Of a stretch of 64,000 nt of DNA, positions 19,712 to 28,513 are shown one piece after another (position 1 is the first letter of the stretch; every line of letters starts with the position of its first letter). The stretch comes from an uncultured Chloroflexia bacterium (GTDB lineage Bacteria; Chloroflexota; Dehalococcoidia; UBA2979): positions 384,001 through 448,000 of the forward strand of contig CAVSIV010000001.1 in assembly GCA_963728205.1 (NCBI GenBank), written 5' to 3'. The position numbers and the translations under genes were made by a program. A model generated the notes under the pieces. It searched no databases. It had not been told where the DNA came from and was given only the letters and a program-made list of their open reading frames with translations.

Positions 19712-19903
19712 CTAGAGCGCTCGGGCGTCCGGGGCGCAGCGGTGCCGAAAGAGCGTGACTTCGAGCTCCTGGATGCGACGCTCGAGCGAACGCGTTGCCG
19801 AGCCGGCGCCGTGTGACAGGCGGATGTTGAGGAACAGCTCACGGGCGCGGTCGAGCTCGCGATGCTGTTCGGCGCAGTCGGGACACGTGGACGAGTTCAC
19901 CAT
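19712..19903 (-). CDS. Small hypothetical protein with CPDC...HRC (possible Zn-binding helical hairpin)
   Basis: 63-aa ORF with helical character and G-rich RBS-like sequence upstream; occupies an otherwise empty gap. Confidence 0.5.
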   Translation of the reverse strand: MVNSSTCPDCAEQHRELDRARELFLNIRLSHGAGSATRSLERRIQELEVTLFRHRCAPDARAL

Positions 19904-20458
19904 CGCGCAGGGACCCCCCGGGAGAGATGTGCCGACACGCGATCATCATCGGCAGCAGCGGCGAGATCTTGTGCCGGGCGCGGCAGTCCCGCCATCACGG
20001 ACGAGGCGGGTCGACGCTAGGCCGATGACGCGTAGGATGGCATGCAACCCGGCACGAATATCGTGAAATCGTTGCAGTCCGCGGTCTCTCCGCCGATGGC
20101 CGGAACCTACGCTGTTACGATTCTGTGATGTTTCGGCCCGTCGAGTTGATCGCTTCGTAACCTCCGGGCAAGAATCAAGTCGGTCGGCGCGGTCGTGTGT
20201 GCGACCTGCTTCGGCCGGGCGGGGACTCATCCCCGCGGGCTGCGGCCCGCGTTTCCGCCACTACCACCCCTGGCTCCCTCCTTTCGTCCGATCCGGGCGT
20301 GCGGGCCCTGCTGCCCGCGTGCCACGCGGTCGTGCGCCCGCGGGAGCCGGGTGAGCGGTCCCGGGTTCCTTCTCCATCGCGGGGGGTGCGCGGGGCTGAG
20401 AGGCTCGGCGCTTCCGCACGCGCGGCGCCGGAGCGGGAAGGGGCCCCCCTTGTCCACG

Positions 20459-21475
20459 ATGCGCTCGACCACGACCTCGCGACGCAAGTTCCTCGCAACG
20501 ATGGGCGGCGCCGCTGCCGCCGCCTTCCTCTCTCCGCTCGCTGCGCGCGCGGCGTCGCTCGCGAGCGACCCGAGCCGCCCGCTCGGCCCGGATGCGTCGC
20601 GGCTGGCCTGGGTGTGGAGCTTTGAGGCGGACGGCCACCCGTTCTTCGTCCGGCAGACCCTCGCGAAGCATGGCCTCGGCGTCCTCGTGAAGACGCACGA
20701 CGGCACCGACTGGATGGACGGCATCGGCGACGACTCCGGCGACGGGAGCGCCTTCGAGAACATCTCGAGGCTGGCGGACTTCTTCGAGGCCGGCGGCGTC
20801 CCGTTCCACGCGTGGGCCGTGGTGACCGGCGAGGACCCGAAGCGCGAGGCGGAGATGGCGAGCAGCGTCCTCAACTCCGGCGCGCGCAGCATGGTCTTCG
20901 ACCTCGAGTCGTACGACGGGTTCTGGGTCGGCGACGACAGCGACGCGAAGACATTCGGCCACGAGCTGCGCAAGCGGCAGCCCGCCGCGCGGCTGGCGAC
21001 GACGGTGGACGCGCGCCCGTGGGAGATCGACAACATCCCGCTGCCGCAGTTCGCGAGCTTCTCGAACGTCATCCTGCCGCAGACCTACTGGGGCATGTTC
21101 ACGAGCGACGCGAACGTCGACGAGTACCGCGGCGCGGGCTACGAGCCGCCGCACGGCCGCGTGACGCCGACCTTCGTGGTCGACACGGCGGTGAAGCACC
21201 TGTCACGCTTCTCGCGGCCGGTGGCGCCAATCGGGGACGGCAGCGTCTCGAAGAATGCGGAGTGGGCGGAGTTCCTCGAGGCGTGCGCCACGCACAAGGC
21301 GGACGGGGTGTCCGTGTGGCGCTTCGGTGTGACGGCCCCGCAGGTGTTCACGATGCTGCAGGACGGTGCGTTCTCGTTGCCCGCGTCTCCGGTGAACCCG
21401 GCGCACCCGCTGCTCAAGAACATGCCCCCGCGCGGCGGCGCGTCGGGGACGTCGGGTGGCGCGAGCGGTTGGTAG
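20459..21475 (+). CDS. Tat-exported putative glycoside-hydrolase-like (TIM barrel) protein
   Basis: SRRKFL Tat motif; AWVW, VKTHDG, FDLE, PQTYW, GVSVW motifs. Confidence 0.7.
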   Translation: MRSTTTSRRKFLATMGGAAAAAFLSPLAARAASLASDPSRPLGPDASRLAWVWSFEADGHPFFVRQTLAKHGLGVLVKTHDGTDWMDGIGDDSGDGSAFENISRLADFFEAGGVPFHAWAVVTGEDPKREAEMASSVLNSGARSMVFDLESYDGFWVGDDSDAKTFGHELRKRQPAARLATTVDARPWEIDNIPLPQFASFSNVILPQTYWGMFTSDANVDEYRGAGYEPPHGRVTPTFVVDTAVKHLSRFSRPVAPIGDGSVSKNAEWAEFLEACATHKADGVSVWRFGVTAPQVFTMLQDGAFSLPASPVNPAHPLLKNMPPRGGASGTSGGASGW

Positions 21476-21532
21476 CAGGCGCCGGGGGCGCTCCGCACCG
21501 CGATGGCGGCGCCCCGGTCCAGCGGGCGCGGG

Positions 21533-21694
21533 TCAGTACCAGCGCCCCGAACGCAGGGCCGCGACCACGTTCAGCACAAGGATGATGAGGGCGGCAATCA
21601 ACAGCAGATTGATGAACGCACCCCACGCCACCGAGTAGCCGATAAACCACAACACCAGCAGCACGATGAATAACAGCCACAGCAGGCTAATCAT
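21533..21694 (-). CDS. Small membrane protein, lmo0937/DUF5670-like (53 aa)
   Basis: MISLLWLLFIVLLVLWFIGYSVAWGAFINLLLIAALIILVLNVVAALRSGRWY; GAAGGGAG RBS; below the ORF-track cutoff. Confidence 0.8.
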   Translation of the reverse strand: MISLLWLLFIVLLVLWFIGYSVAWGAFINLLLIAALIILVLNVVAALRSGRWY

Positions 21695-21754
21695 CGACGC
21701 TCTCCCTTCGCTCGTCGCGGGGGCAGAAACCGCGAGAACTGGGTATGCCTCAGG

Positions 21755-21883
21755 CTACCGGTGCTCCGAGACCGAACGCGGGTCACTGTAGAGCTGCAAT
21801 CGCGGTGCCGTGCGCCCCGTCTCGATCCACATCCGGACTCGCCAGTTCTTCACCAGTCGATACCACCACGGTGTTCGATGCAC
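21755..21883 (-). CDS. Possible 42-aa Trp/Arg-rich small protein
   Basis: MHRTPWWYRLVKNWRVRMWIETGRTAPRLQLYSDPRSVSEHR (GTG start, G-rich RBS-like sequence), co-oriented with the DUF5670-like gene. Confidence 0.3.
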   Translation of the reverse strand: MHRTPWWYRLVKNWRVRMWIETGRTAPRLQLYSDPRSVSEHR

Positions 21884-22062
21884 TGGAGCCCCCGCCTCGC
21901 GAAGTCATCACTCGAAGTTCGAGTCCAACTATCCGGTTCGCGCCGTAACGACCGCGACCGACCGCACCGATCGACCATCACAAATGCGTCACGGTTGAAT
22001 CGGGCCCCTCACCCCGTGGCGAACGGCCGCGCGTCAGCGCGCTGAGACGTGGTGCGCACGCA

Positions 22063-22249
22063 CTGAGCCCGCTCACGCGTCGCTCGGCGGCTGGGTGGGC
22101 GCGCGGACCTGCTCAGCCCGCTGACGCGTCGCTTGGCGGCTCGGTGGGCGCGCGGGCGGGCTCGGTCCGCTGACGCGCGGGTTCGGCGGCTGGGTGGGCG
22201 CGCGGACCTGTGCTCAGCCGACTGACGCGCGGCTCGGCGGCTGGGTGGG
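22063..22249. repeat. ~50-bp imperfect tandem repeat (~3.7 copies)
   Basis: Core CTGACGCG...GGCGGCTGGGTGGGCGCGCGG repeated immediately downstream of the sortase stop. Confidence 0.75.
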
Positions 22250-22990
22250 CTATGGCACTCGCTGCGCGCGCACGACCAGCCGGTCGGAGTACTCGCGCGT
22301 GGTCCAGCTGAAGTCGCCGGTGCAGGTGTAGAGCGTGATCGCGTCGCCGCCGGTGTCGCTACCGAACAGCTGCTGCCAGTCCCCGCCGTTCGCATGCACC
22401 TGCTGCTTCCACTGCACCGCGTAGCGCAGCGTCTTGCCCTGGTAGTCGATCTCGATCACGTCGCCGGGCGAGAGCAGCGAAAGGCTGCCGAACACGCCCT
22501 TCCCGCGATAGAGCACGCCGTCCGCGTAGGGGATGTGCGCGAAGTAGTCGACGTGCCCGGCGATGATCGCGTTGCCGCCCTCGCCCGGCACCCCGCCGAG
22601 CGCCGGGTAGCGCGACAGGTCGTACCAGGTCGCCTCGACCGGGTTGGTCGCCGCCGGCATGTCGCCGTTCGCGTCGACGGTGGCGCGCGCGACGGGCGCG
22701 TCGACGCCGAGCACCGGGATCTTGATGCGCGCGAAGGTCGCGTCGGGGGGTTCGCCGAATCGCTTCACCAGGTCCGCGACGGACGTGATCTCCTCACCGG
22801 GCGCCGCGGTCGCCAATCCGGTCGCCGTGCCGTCGGCGGGCGTGGTGGTGCCGGTGGTGGTCGCGCCGAGCACGCGGCCGACGTGCGCGCAGCCACCGAG
22901 CAGCACGGCCGCCGCGAGGAGCACGACCGCCGCGGCAGCGGCGCGCCGCGAGAAGCGTCGCGCAGGAAGGGGCAGCGTGGTGCCGTCCAT
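22250..22990 (-). CDS. Class F sortase
   Basis: RIKIPVLGVDAPV, WY...PGEGGNAIIAGHVD, TLYTC, RLVVRA (His/Cys/Arg triad); N-terminal anchor with LGGC. Confidence 0.9.
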   Translation of the reverse strand: MDGTTLPLPARRFSRRAAAAAVVLLAAAVLLGGCAHVGRVLGATTTGTTTPADGTATGLATAAPGEEITSVADLVKRFGEPPDATFARIKIPVLGVDAPVARATVDANGDMPAATNPVEATWYDLSRYPALGGVPGEGGNAIIAGHVDYFAHIPYADGVLYRGKGVFGSLSLLSPGDVIEIDYQGKTLRYAVQWKQQVHANGGDWQQLFGSDTGGDAITLYTCTGDFSWTTREYSDRLVVRAQRVP

Positions 22991-23237
22991 GGAGTCCGCC
23001 CGTCGTGGTCGCGTTCGAGGCGACCACGTGCCGCCCGGACGCCTGAACCGTGCTGTGACCTTCAACAATCTCATGAGCGCCCGTGTTCGGCGCGTGCGTC
23101 GCGCCAGCGATGTCGTGCGTGTTCGCCCGCGTCCGCTGCCGGGGGCCTGCGCACCGATTGCCCGGGTCAACGGAACGCGCGCGGGGGCTGCACCGTTACG
23201 AAGACGGGTCGAGAGGCGCATGAAGGGAACCCACACC

Positions 23238-23393
23238 ATGGCCGACATGCAATGCGATCGCTGCCACGCGCGCGCGGCCGACGTTCGCTACGACGGGCGG
23301 CGGCTGTGTGCGGACTGCTACGCGCTGCACCGTCGCCGCCGGGACCGCGAGCAGGAAGCCTGGCTGGCGGAGCGCGCAAGCGGGGCCGTCTGA
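23238..23393 (+). CDS. C4 zinc-finger microprotein (51 aa)
   Basis: MADMQCDRCHARAADVRYDGRRLCADCY...REQEAWL; AAGGGA RBS; paralog at 23867. Confidence 0.75.
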   Translation: MADMQCDRCHARAADVRYDGRRLCADCYALHRRRRDREQEAWLAERASGAV

Positions 23394-23541
23394 GGCGCGC
23401 ATCACGCCCGGAGCGGCGCTCGCGCGGTTTCGGGCTCCCGGGGGCGGGGAGGCGTTTGCCCGGTGTTCGCGATACGGATCCCCCGCCGCTGTTGCGCTTT
23501 CGTCATGGACTGTCCCGTAGTCTCCGCCCGGATTGGCAGCC

Positions 23542-23796
23542 ATGACGAACCCGGTGGATAGCGACGCGATGAACGAACTTGCGAATCCGGTCACCCGGCG
23601 GCGGCGCATTGGGCACCGCCTGCGCTGGTGGCGTCAACGCAGGCATCTCTCGCAGGCCGAGCTGGCTCGGCGCATCGGGGTCACGCAGTCGACGCTGTCG
23701 CACTACGAGTCGGGGAAGCGTGACCCGACGCTGGGGATTTTCATTGCGCTCGTTGAGGAGCTCGAGGTCGATCCCAGGGAGATCATGAAGCCGTGA
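23542..23796 (+). CDS. XRE-family helix-turn-helix regulator
   Basis: LSQAELARRIGVTQSTLSHYESGKRDP, typical HTH_3. Confidence 0.92.
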   Translation: MTNPVDSDAMNELANPVTRRRRIGHRLRWWRQRRHLSQAELARRIGVTQSTLSHYESGKRDPTLGIFIALVEELEVDPREIMKP

Positions 23797-23866
23797 GATC
23801 GCCGCGATGTGAGCGCATGTCACGTTGTTGCGGGCCGAGCGGCCGACAGGAAGAAGAGGCCACACG

Positions 23867-24044
23867 GTGGGGGACTGCAACCAGTGTCATGAACGCGCGC
23901 CGGAGATCCGCTTCGACGGGCGACTCCTCTGCATCACGTGCTACGAGGACCGGCGGCAGCGGCAGGCACGCGAAGCAGGAGGCCTGGCTGACGAGCCGCT
24001 CGCGCGAGCGGTCGGCCCCCGAGGCGCTCGCCCGCGAGTCCTAG
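23867..24044 (+). CDS. C4 zinc-finger microprotein paralog, +1 frameshift near 23973
   Basis: MGDCNQCHERAPEIRFDGRLLCITCY; removing one A restores REQEAWL as in the paralog and a stop at 24044; purine-rich RBS. Confidence 0.7.
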
Positions 24045-25303
24045 GCGGCGCGCGGCTCGCTCGGCATCACGTCACGCCCGGCGCGCCTGCGCCGGGCGTC
24101 GTCGATCCCGAGCACCGCTCGCGCCGGCCGGCCCCCCAGCCGGGCGGCAGCGACGACGGCCGCGATGGCCGCACCGCCGCCCACCACGTACAGCCCCGCC
24201 ACGAGCTCGAGGTAGTCCGTCGGTAGTCGGCCGAGGAAGACGCGCGTCGACAGCGCACCGATGAAGAACGGCTTGTGCACGAGGAAGATCGCGAAGGCGT
24301 ACGGCCCGAGGGCCTCCAGCGGCGCAAGCAGGCGCGCCGCGCGGCGCCGCGCCTGCAGCCCCGCGACCACCGAGGGGTACACCACGAGCGCGCACGCGCT
24401 GCTCAGGAAGACGGTCACCCCGAAGTAGCTCTCCGGGTAGTAGCCGGTGAGCGCGCCGCGCAGCAGGTAGACGGCCATGCAGGCGGCCATGCCACCGCCC
24501 GCTGCCAGCGCCGCCCTCGCGCTCCACGCGGGCGCGCCGCGCCGGCGCGCGACGTACAGCCCGAACACGTAGAAGAAGACCCAGGCGAGCGGGTTGCGGT
24601 ACGCGAGCTCCGAGCCGTCCAGTCCGCGCGCCCCATGCACCCCGTGCCACTGGTAGAACGCGATCATGGCGAGGTTCGCCGCGAACGCGACCGTCGCAGC
24701 GCCCCCGAGGCGGCGCGGCGACCACCAGCGCAACGGGTACACCACGACCATCAACGCGAGCAGCACCGCGAGGTAGTAGTACTGCCCGCTCACGTTGAAC
24801 GTGACGAAGTCGCGCACCGGCGAGCCTGAGCCGCCGCCCCGCCAGGCGTTCCACGCGAGGATCGCGGTCATCCAGAACAGCGTCGGGAGCAGGATGCGCC
24901 GGGTGCGGCGCCGCGCGTAGGTGCGGGCGTCCGGCGCGGAGTCGCGCGCCAGCAGGAAGCCCGACATGTAGAGGAAGACCGGCACCGCGCCGTCGGCGAC
25001 GATGCGCAGCGCGTGCACCAGGAGTGCCTCGGGCGCCGACGTGCTCGGCCACAGGCCGAAGTCGGCGTGGAGGAAGATCACCCAGAGAATCGCCGCGCCG
25101 CGCATGACGTCGAACTCCGCGATATACCGGCGGAGCCCCCGGGTGGCGGCGTCCGGCGGCGGCGCGCCGGCGTGGCCCGAGCGGCCGTTCGCGCCCTCGT
25201 CCGACGGCGGTCGACGCAGGTAGCGCCGCACGCCGTCGCGCCACGGCGGACTGGCGGCGCGGCGCGAGTGCGAACGGGAGCGCTTCCCGGCGCGCGGGAT
25301 CAC
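24041..25303 (-). CDS. Acyltransferase family 3 (AT3; WecH/IcaC/OafA-like) membrane protein
   Basis: FDVMRGAAILWVIFLH, AVPVFLYMSGFLL, RRILLP, QYYYL, FAIFLVH; GTGA-coupled to the GT2 gene. Confidence 0.88.
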   Translation of the reverse strand: MIPRAGKRSRSHSRRAASPPWRDGVRRYLRRPPSDEGANGRSGHAGAPPPDAATRGLRRYIAEFDVMRGAAILWVIFLHADFGLWPSTSAPEALLVHALRIVADGAVPVFLYMSGFLLARDSAPDARTYARRRTRRILLPTLFWMTAILAWNAWRGGGSGSPVRDFVTFNVSGQYYYLAVLLALMVVVYPLRWWSPRRLGGAATVAFAANLAMIAFYQWHGVHGARGLDGSELAYRNPLAWVFFYVFGLYVARRRGAPAWSARAALAAGGGMAACMAVYLLRGALTGYYPESYFGVTVFLSSACALVVYPSVVAGLQARRRAARLLAPLEALGPYAFAIFLVHKPFFIGALSTRVFLGRLPTDYLELVAGLYVVGGGAAIAAVVAAARLGGRPARAVLGIDDARRRRAGRDVMPSEPRAA

Positions 25304-27060
25304 GGCAAGCGGACCGGCACCGCCTCGCGTTCCGCCAGCTCCAGCGCGCCCACGGGGGCGAGCTGGCGGCCGCCCTTCTCGGCGACGCGGTAGACGAGAC
25401 CGCGGCCGGAGGCGAGGCGCCACTGGGCGTGGAAGGCGGGGAGCGCGGCCCAGAGGAAGGTGATGACGGCCATCAGCGGCCACATGGCGAGCTGCCCGGC
25501 GGCGCGCAGCCGCGAGACGTACGCGGGGCGCGGGCCGCGCGTGCGCCACTCGGCCACGATGATCGCGACGAGCGGGAAGAGGCAGAGCGCGACGAGCATG
25601 CCGCAGATGTTCATCCACATCGTGGGCTCGATCAGCCCGGCCTTGCCGAACACGAGCCAGTGCTGGGGCGTGAGCAGATGGTCGAGGTGCCAGGTCGGCC
25701 CGGGGACGTGGAAGGCACGGTGCGTCCACCAGTATGGCATCGGCGCCCCCAGCGCGCCCGCCAGGCGCGCCGGCACCAGCACGCCGAGCGTGACCAGGAA
25801 CCACTGCGACGACCACAGCACGTGCACCTTCGTGAGGTTCACGGCGAGCAGCAGCGAACGGCTGCGTGACAGCCGCCGCTCGCGGCTGAAGGCGGCGCGC
25901 CAGGCGTAGGGGATGTCCGAGGCCCCCCAGGCGTGGCGCACCGCCTGGAAGTAGTGCGCGCGCATCGTCTTGAGCGTGCCGTCGGTGTGCACGCAGTCGT
26001 TGCCCAGCGGCAGGTACAGCGGCTCCACGTGCACGCGGTCGCCCAGCGCGTAGCTGCACTTGAGGAAGAGGTGCCAGTCCTCCGGGATCACCTCCTCGTC
26101 CCAGTAGTCCACCTCGTGCAGGAGCGCCCACGACAGCGAGTAGCACGAGGTCGGCATCTTCACCGAGGTCGGCAGCACGAGGTTGGCGAGGCGGTTGATG
26201 CCGGAGAGGCCGTCGGGCACGCGCAGCGCGGCGGGGATGTCCCAGATGTTGTTGGAGTTGAAGATCGTCGGCTGCCAGAACGCGCGGTAGCGGTCGCGCG
26301 CGGTGAGGAAGAGGTAGTTGAGCGCGTCGAAGTGGCGCGGGTGGAAGACGGCGTCGGCGTCGCAGCTGGTGACCGTGTAGCGCGCGAGGTCGTCGCCCTC
26401 GCCGAGGACGAGGCGCGTGTAGGCCTGGCGCGCGGCCCACGCCTCGTTCGAGCCCTTGCCGGGCACCTCGCCGGGGAGGTCCGCCGGGTGGAAGGTCGCG
26501 AACATGCGCGCGAAGCGGCCGCGGTAGCGCAGGCGCAGCGCGGTGGCCTTGGCGCGGGCGTCCGGCTCGCGGGCCTCCATCGCCAGCACGACGACGAGCT
26601 GCTGCGCGTTGGCCTGCGCGGCGAGCGAGTCGAGCGTGCGCGCGAGGCCGGGCAGGCTCTCCTTGTAGTTGGGGACGATCACCATGTGGCGCGGCCACTC
26701 CCAGGGGTGCGCGAGCGCGCGCGGCGAGGCCCACACGCGGTAGCGGCGCGGCCAGTCCACGACCTCCCAGCGGCGGATGCGGCGCAGCCCGACCAGCGCG
26801 GCGCCGGCCACCGCGAACGAGCGCACGCCCCAGTAGGCATAGAAGCCCACCAGCAGCACCGCCAGCACCGGCGCCGTGCGCCCGTTCAAGGGCGCCCAGA
26901 AGATCGTCGATGCCAGGAACACCGCCGCCGCGAGCGGCGCGATGTTGCCGGCGAACTCGGCCCAGCGGGACGAGGCGTTGAGCGAGGGCGCCCAGCGCGC
27001 GGCCGGAGCCGCGCCCTCGCCGCGCCGCCGGGATGGCAGCGCAGAAGCGCGTAGAGCCAT
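25300..27060 (-). CDS. Membrane glycosyltransferase family 2 (processive-type)
   Basis: IVPNYKE, GKGSN, CDAD, IPEDW, QAVRHAWG (QxxRW-like); TMs at both ends; GGAGGT RBS. Confidence 0.88.
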   Translation of the reverse strand: MALRASALPSRRRGEGAAPAARWAPSLNASSRWAEFAGNIAPLAAAVFLASTIFWAPLNGRTAPVLAVLLVGFYAYWGVRSFAVAGAALVGLRRIRRWEVVDWPRRYRVWASPRALAHPWEWPRHMVIVPNYKESLPGLARTLDSLAAQANAQQLVVVLAMEAREPDARAKATALRLRYRGRFARMFATFHPADLPGEVPGKGSNEAWAARQAYTRLVLGEGDDLARYTVTSCDADAVFHPRHFDALNYLFLTARDRYRAFWQPTIFNSNNIWDIPAALRVPDGLSGINRLANLVLPTSVKMPTSCYSLSWALLHEVDYWDEEVIPEDWHLFLKCSYALGDRVHVEPLYLPLGNDCVHTDGTLKTMRAHYFQAVRHAWGASDIPYAWRAAFSRERRLSRSRSLLLAVNLTKVHVLWSSQWFLVTLGVLVPARLAGALGAPMPYWWTHRAFHVPGPTWHLDHLLTPQHWLVFGKAGLIEPTMWMNICGMLVALCLFPLVAIIVAEWRTRGPRPAYVSRLRAAGQLAMWPLMAVITFLWAALPAFHAQWRLASGRGLVYRVAEKGGRQLAPVGALELAEREAVPVRLP

Positions 27061-27086
27061 GGGGGACGGACCTCCACCGTGCTCCG

Positions 27087-27236
27087 ACGCCGACGGGGTT
27101 AGCTGACGGGCTACGGCGGGAGCTGCCGCTCCGGTGCCGACTCTCGAGCGGGCGCTCGCGATGTCGTCCGGACTCGCCCCGGGTTGGCGTTTGGGTCCCC
27201 CGTTCCCGCGCGATCCGTCGCGCGGGACTAGGCGTG
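27087..27236 (-). ncRNA. c-di-AMP riboswitch (ydaO/yuaA leader)
   Basis: Minus strand reads CGCCTAGTCC...GGAACGGGGGACCCA...GGGGCGAGTCC...GCCCGTCAGCTAACCCCGTCGGCGT, matching the ydaO consensus blocks in order; ends ~12 nt before the GT2 RBS. Confidence 0.88.
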
Positions 27237-27671
27237 TCGCCGGGATGGCCTCGCCGCGCGGACGCCGGGGCGCTCGCGTGGCGGGGCCATCCCGCGTCGT
27301 TCGCCGTCGCCGGTGCCCGCGTCCTGCGCGTGGCAATGGCGACGCAGCAGATCATCCCGTGCGCCGCGTTGCGGCGGCACGCGACCGCACGCGTGGAAGG
27401 TTTCAACGGCATCGCGATCGGCGGGCCCGCGGCGGCCGGCGCCGGGCAGCCGGGCGGGTCCGCGCGCGCACCTGTCCCGAGCGCGCGCCGGTGCCGGACG
27501 CTTGCGGCGGCATCGCGTCGCGCAGCGCCGACATTGCGACTCCGCAACGCCGGGCGATTCGCGCGATTCGGGGGCGAACCCTCTGGGGGGCGGCCACGTT
27601 GCTACGCGTGTTCCACCGACCCGTGCGTGCCCGCATGCGAGGGCGCGCGAGCCCGAAGGGAGTCCACCTGC

Positions 27672-28232
27672 ATGAGAAGCTCGACGATGCGCCTCGGCGT
27701 GCCGCTCGGCATCCTGGCGGCCGCGGCGATGATGCTCGCGGTGTACGCCGTCTCGATCGTCCCCGCTCACGCGCAGACGCCGCCGTTCAGCGCCTACGGC
27801 ATGGGCCTGCAGTCCGGCGACACCGTCGTCGCCCAGATCAACGGCAAGACCTGCGGCCAGGCGACCGCCGACGCCTCGGGGCAATGGCTGCTCCAGATCC
27901 CGTCGACCGCCCCCTGCTCGCCCCAGGACGGCGACACGATCACCTTCACGCTGAACGGTCAGCCGACGTCGGCGACCGTGCAGTGGAAGGCCGGTGGTGC
28001 GCCGTCGAACGTCGCGCAGGGCATCGCGCTCACCGCGTCCGCGGGTGGTACCGCGACGGCAACGACGACGAGCACGCCGGCGGCGACGGCGACCGGCACG
28101 CCGAGCCCGGCGGGCACGGGCAACGCCGGGCTGTTCACGCCGATGCACACCGGCATCGCCGCGCTGCTGGCGCTGGGTGCGCTGGCGGTGCTCGGGATCG
28201 GTGGTGCGCGGCTGGCCACGCGCCGGCGCTAA
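27672..28232 (+). CDS. Secreted protein with C-terminal sortase-type sorting signal
   Basis: Signal peptide (AHA-Q), beta-rich domain with two Cys, Thr-rich linker, SPAGTGNAG + TM + RRR tail; AAGGGAG RBS. Confidence 0.8.
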   Translation: MRSSTMRLGVPLGILAAAAMMLAVYAVSIVPAHAQTPPFSAYGMGLQSGDTVVAQINGKTCGQATADASGQWLLQIPSTAPCSPQDGDTITFTLNGQPTSATVQWKAGGAPSNVAQGIALTASAGGTATATTTSTPAATATGTPSPAGTGNAGLFTPMHTGIAALLALGALAVLGIGGARLATRRR

Positions 28233-28315
28233 GGGCTCCCGGGGGGCAAGCCCCACTCGCCGCCACCTCCCACGAGGCGTGGCGGCGAGCTCCGTCCTGA
28301 TCACCCCCTCCTGTG

Positions 28316-28351
28316 GAGGCCCGCGCCGCTTCCCTCGGCGGCGCGGGCCTC
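28316..28351 (+). terminator. GC-rich hairpin, probable terminator
   Basis: 14-bp stem GAGGCCCGCGCCGC/GCGGCGCGGGCCTC downstream of the 27672-28232 gene; weak U tail. Confidence 0.5.
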
Positions 28352-28513
28352 ACTTCGCCCGGCTCCCGGATCCACGTCGCGCCGAGCCCGTGCGGGCACG
28401 GTCATCACGTCCGGGGGACGTTCGCCCGTGCGGGTGGGCGGGCCGCCGATCTACGGTGGTTCCGCGGTCGGGAACCTGCCGGCCTCGCCACCACGCAACA
28501 GGGGGTCCCGCCC

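Noticed and set aside
22063-22249. Possible CRISPR array
   Set aside because: Contiguous degenerate units without unique spacers; no cas genes in the window.
28298-28312. 16S rRNA 3'-end-like sequence (GATCACCCCCTCC)
   Set aside because: Only ~13 nt, imperfect, with no rRNA context; it sits next to a terminator hairpin.
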